Source: Eremomyces bilateralis CBS 781.70 (lineage: Eukaryota). Taken from it: a DNA stretch of 64,000 nt. A model generated the notes under the pieces. That model made no database searches and was not told where the DNA came from. It saw nothing but the letters and a program-made list of their open reading frames with translations. Location: the NCBI GenBank assembly GCA_010015585.1, contig ML975152.1; one strand, given 5' to 3'. This document shows positions 62,554 to 64,000 of the stretch, in pieces (the stretch's first letter is position 1; each line of letters starts with the position of its first letter). The position numbers and the translations under genes were made by a program.

Positions 62554-64000
62554 CTACTTGATCTTCTGCTCGTTGAGTTCCTCGAGCAGTCGAACTTCGT
62601 CGAGCAACTGCACCGTCTCGCGTGGATTGGCAATCCATGCAGTGGTGCACGCCATGCGTGCCTTGAAGTCATTCGCGCCCGCCGACAGGAATTGGTCTCC
62701 AACGTGGAGGGTCTTCGATCCGTCGATGCCCCCGAAAAACTGCTGGCATGATCGAACCCCCCATTCCTTGTTACCGATATCAACGAAGACGTCGTTGCCT
62801 CCGTTGAAGGCACAGAACGGCACTCGTTGCCCCACAGAGGAAACTTCCTATAAGCATTCAGCAGGGTTCAAAATATAAGTTAGGAGAGTCTATCTCACCA
62901 GAATCTTGTGAACCGCCAGCACAGTCTCTTCCAACTGCTCCCGAGCGAATTTCACTCCATGGGCTGGGATGATACCCACTGCGCGCTCCTTGCGGATGAT
63001 TTCCGCATCGAGTTTCATATTCGTCACGCAATCCTGAAGCGCGATCTGAGCAATATCCAAGAGGGATTTGATGTCTTCGAGACTCCAGTCCCTCATTTCG
63101 GGCAAAATCCAGGTATGCCGAGGGACAAACATCAGCCGGTCGAGATGCCCATCGTCGTACTTCAACAGGTAGTTGCTTTCTCCACCAAGCACGATCAGGT
63201 TCTGCTTGAAGACCAGGGGAAGATTGGATAGATGGATGGCATCTAATAGTCCATGAAGCCGTTCGTAGTACCGCCTGGGCTCTGTATATCCCGCAGCGGT
63301 GACGATTCCAATCTTGGTGCCTTTTGAGAGCAGGAAAAGTAGTCTCGCGACGACGTCATTGTCGGCTAGCAACGACTGGCCATCATCATACAGCGTCACG
63401 TCCCCATCGAATGTGATCAGCTCGGTATGGCCGCTTCTCGTCAAGCTTAACACCTGCGCCGTGTTGAGAATGAGGCGGACATCGTTGAACGATGGCGGCA
63501 CGAAGCGACGGTACGAGATCATGCGCTTCTGATCCTGATAAAGAAACGCGTCGTACAGTAGTAACGGTGTGAAGAAGGAGCCAATAGATGGAACCAGCAG
63601 CTTCAGTTTCGATCTGTCCTGCTTGCCTGCGCCTTGGTGCTTGACTAGCGGAGAGAAATCGAGTCAATGGACGCCCTCGCGGTCAAGGGAGGGCACGGCT
63701 CACTGTGATCATTGATCAACTCTTCCACATCTCGCATGATTTCGCCATACCTCCGCCGCACTGTAGTAGCCATATGCTCCACCGTTTCTCGCGGTGTCTC
63801 AAACACTCCCGTCGGCTGGGAATGGAGCACGAATGGCACGGCGAGGAGACCCTGTGTGTTTGAGCCACGTCGTTCGCATTGGAGTATGGATGGATCGCTG
63901 GGTCATATGTACCTTGATCCATTCGATCTAGCATTCGTTAGTATACGCACTACGGGGTTTTCAAACTTATATCGAAACATACCAGCTGGTCCCGTCGGTG
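62554..64000 (-). CDS. isn1: IMP-specific 5'-nucleotidase (HAD family), 5' end cut off by the window edge
   Basis: HRRDQL|IEWIK|GLLAVPFVLH, ISYRRFVPPSFNDVRLILN, the HAD motif TFDGDVTLYDDG, AFNGGNDVFVDIG and HVGDQFLSAGANDF. Confidence 0.93.

Overview
Eukaryotic, intron-containing DNA from a filamentous ascomycete (Pezizomycotina, probably Eurotiomycetes; the taxon is inferred). Most introns are about 50-75 nt with GT..CTRAC..YAG signals. The window holds about 20 protein-coding genes, mostly housekeeping: Pub1/TIA-1, a GH76 mannanase, glutathione peroxidase, spermidine synthase, epsilon-COP, Use1, a C2H2 transcription factor, an Obg-family GTPase, a GH72 glucanosyltransferase, a DUF676 lipase, Rex3, a zf-PARP protein, PFK, an imine-reductase-like enzyme, Etr1 and a partial Isn1. 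I see no biosynthetic gene cluster or other obvious multi-gene system. The notable signals are smaller. (1) A 365-bp hAT-type MITE has perfect 17-bp TIRs and an 8-bp TSD. (2) A 741-nt pub1 intron stays open in frame and could encode an alternative C-terminus. (3) A tRNA-like Pol III element does not fold canonically. (4) The C2H2 factor has a multi-intron, multi-uORF leader and a possible GUG start. (5) C-rich to G-rich skew switches recur inside genes regardless of gene orientation. (6) An intronless enzyme carries bacterial-type imine reductase motifs. All gene models were built by eye and no database searches were run.
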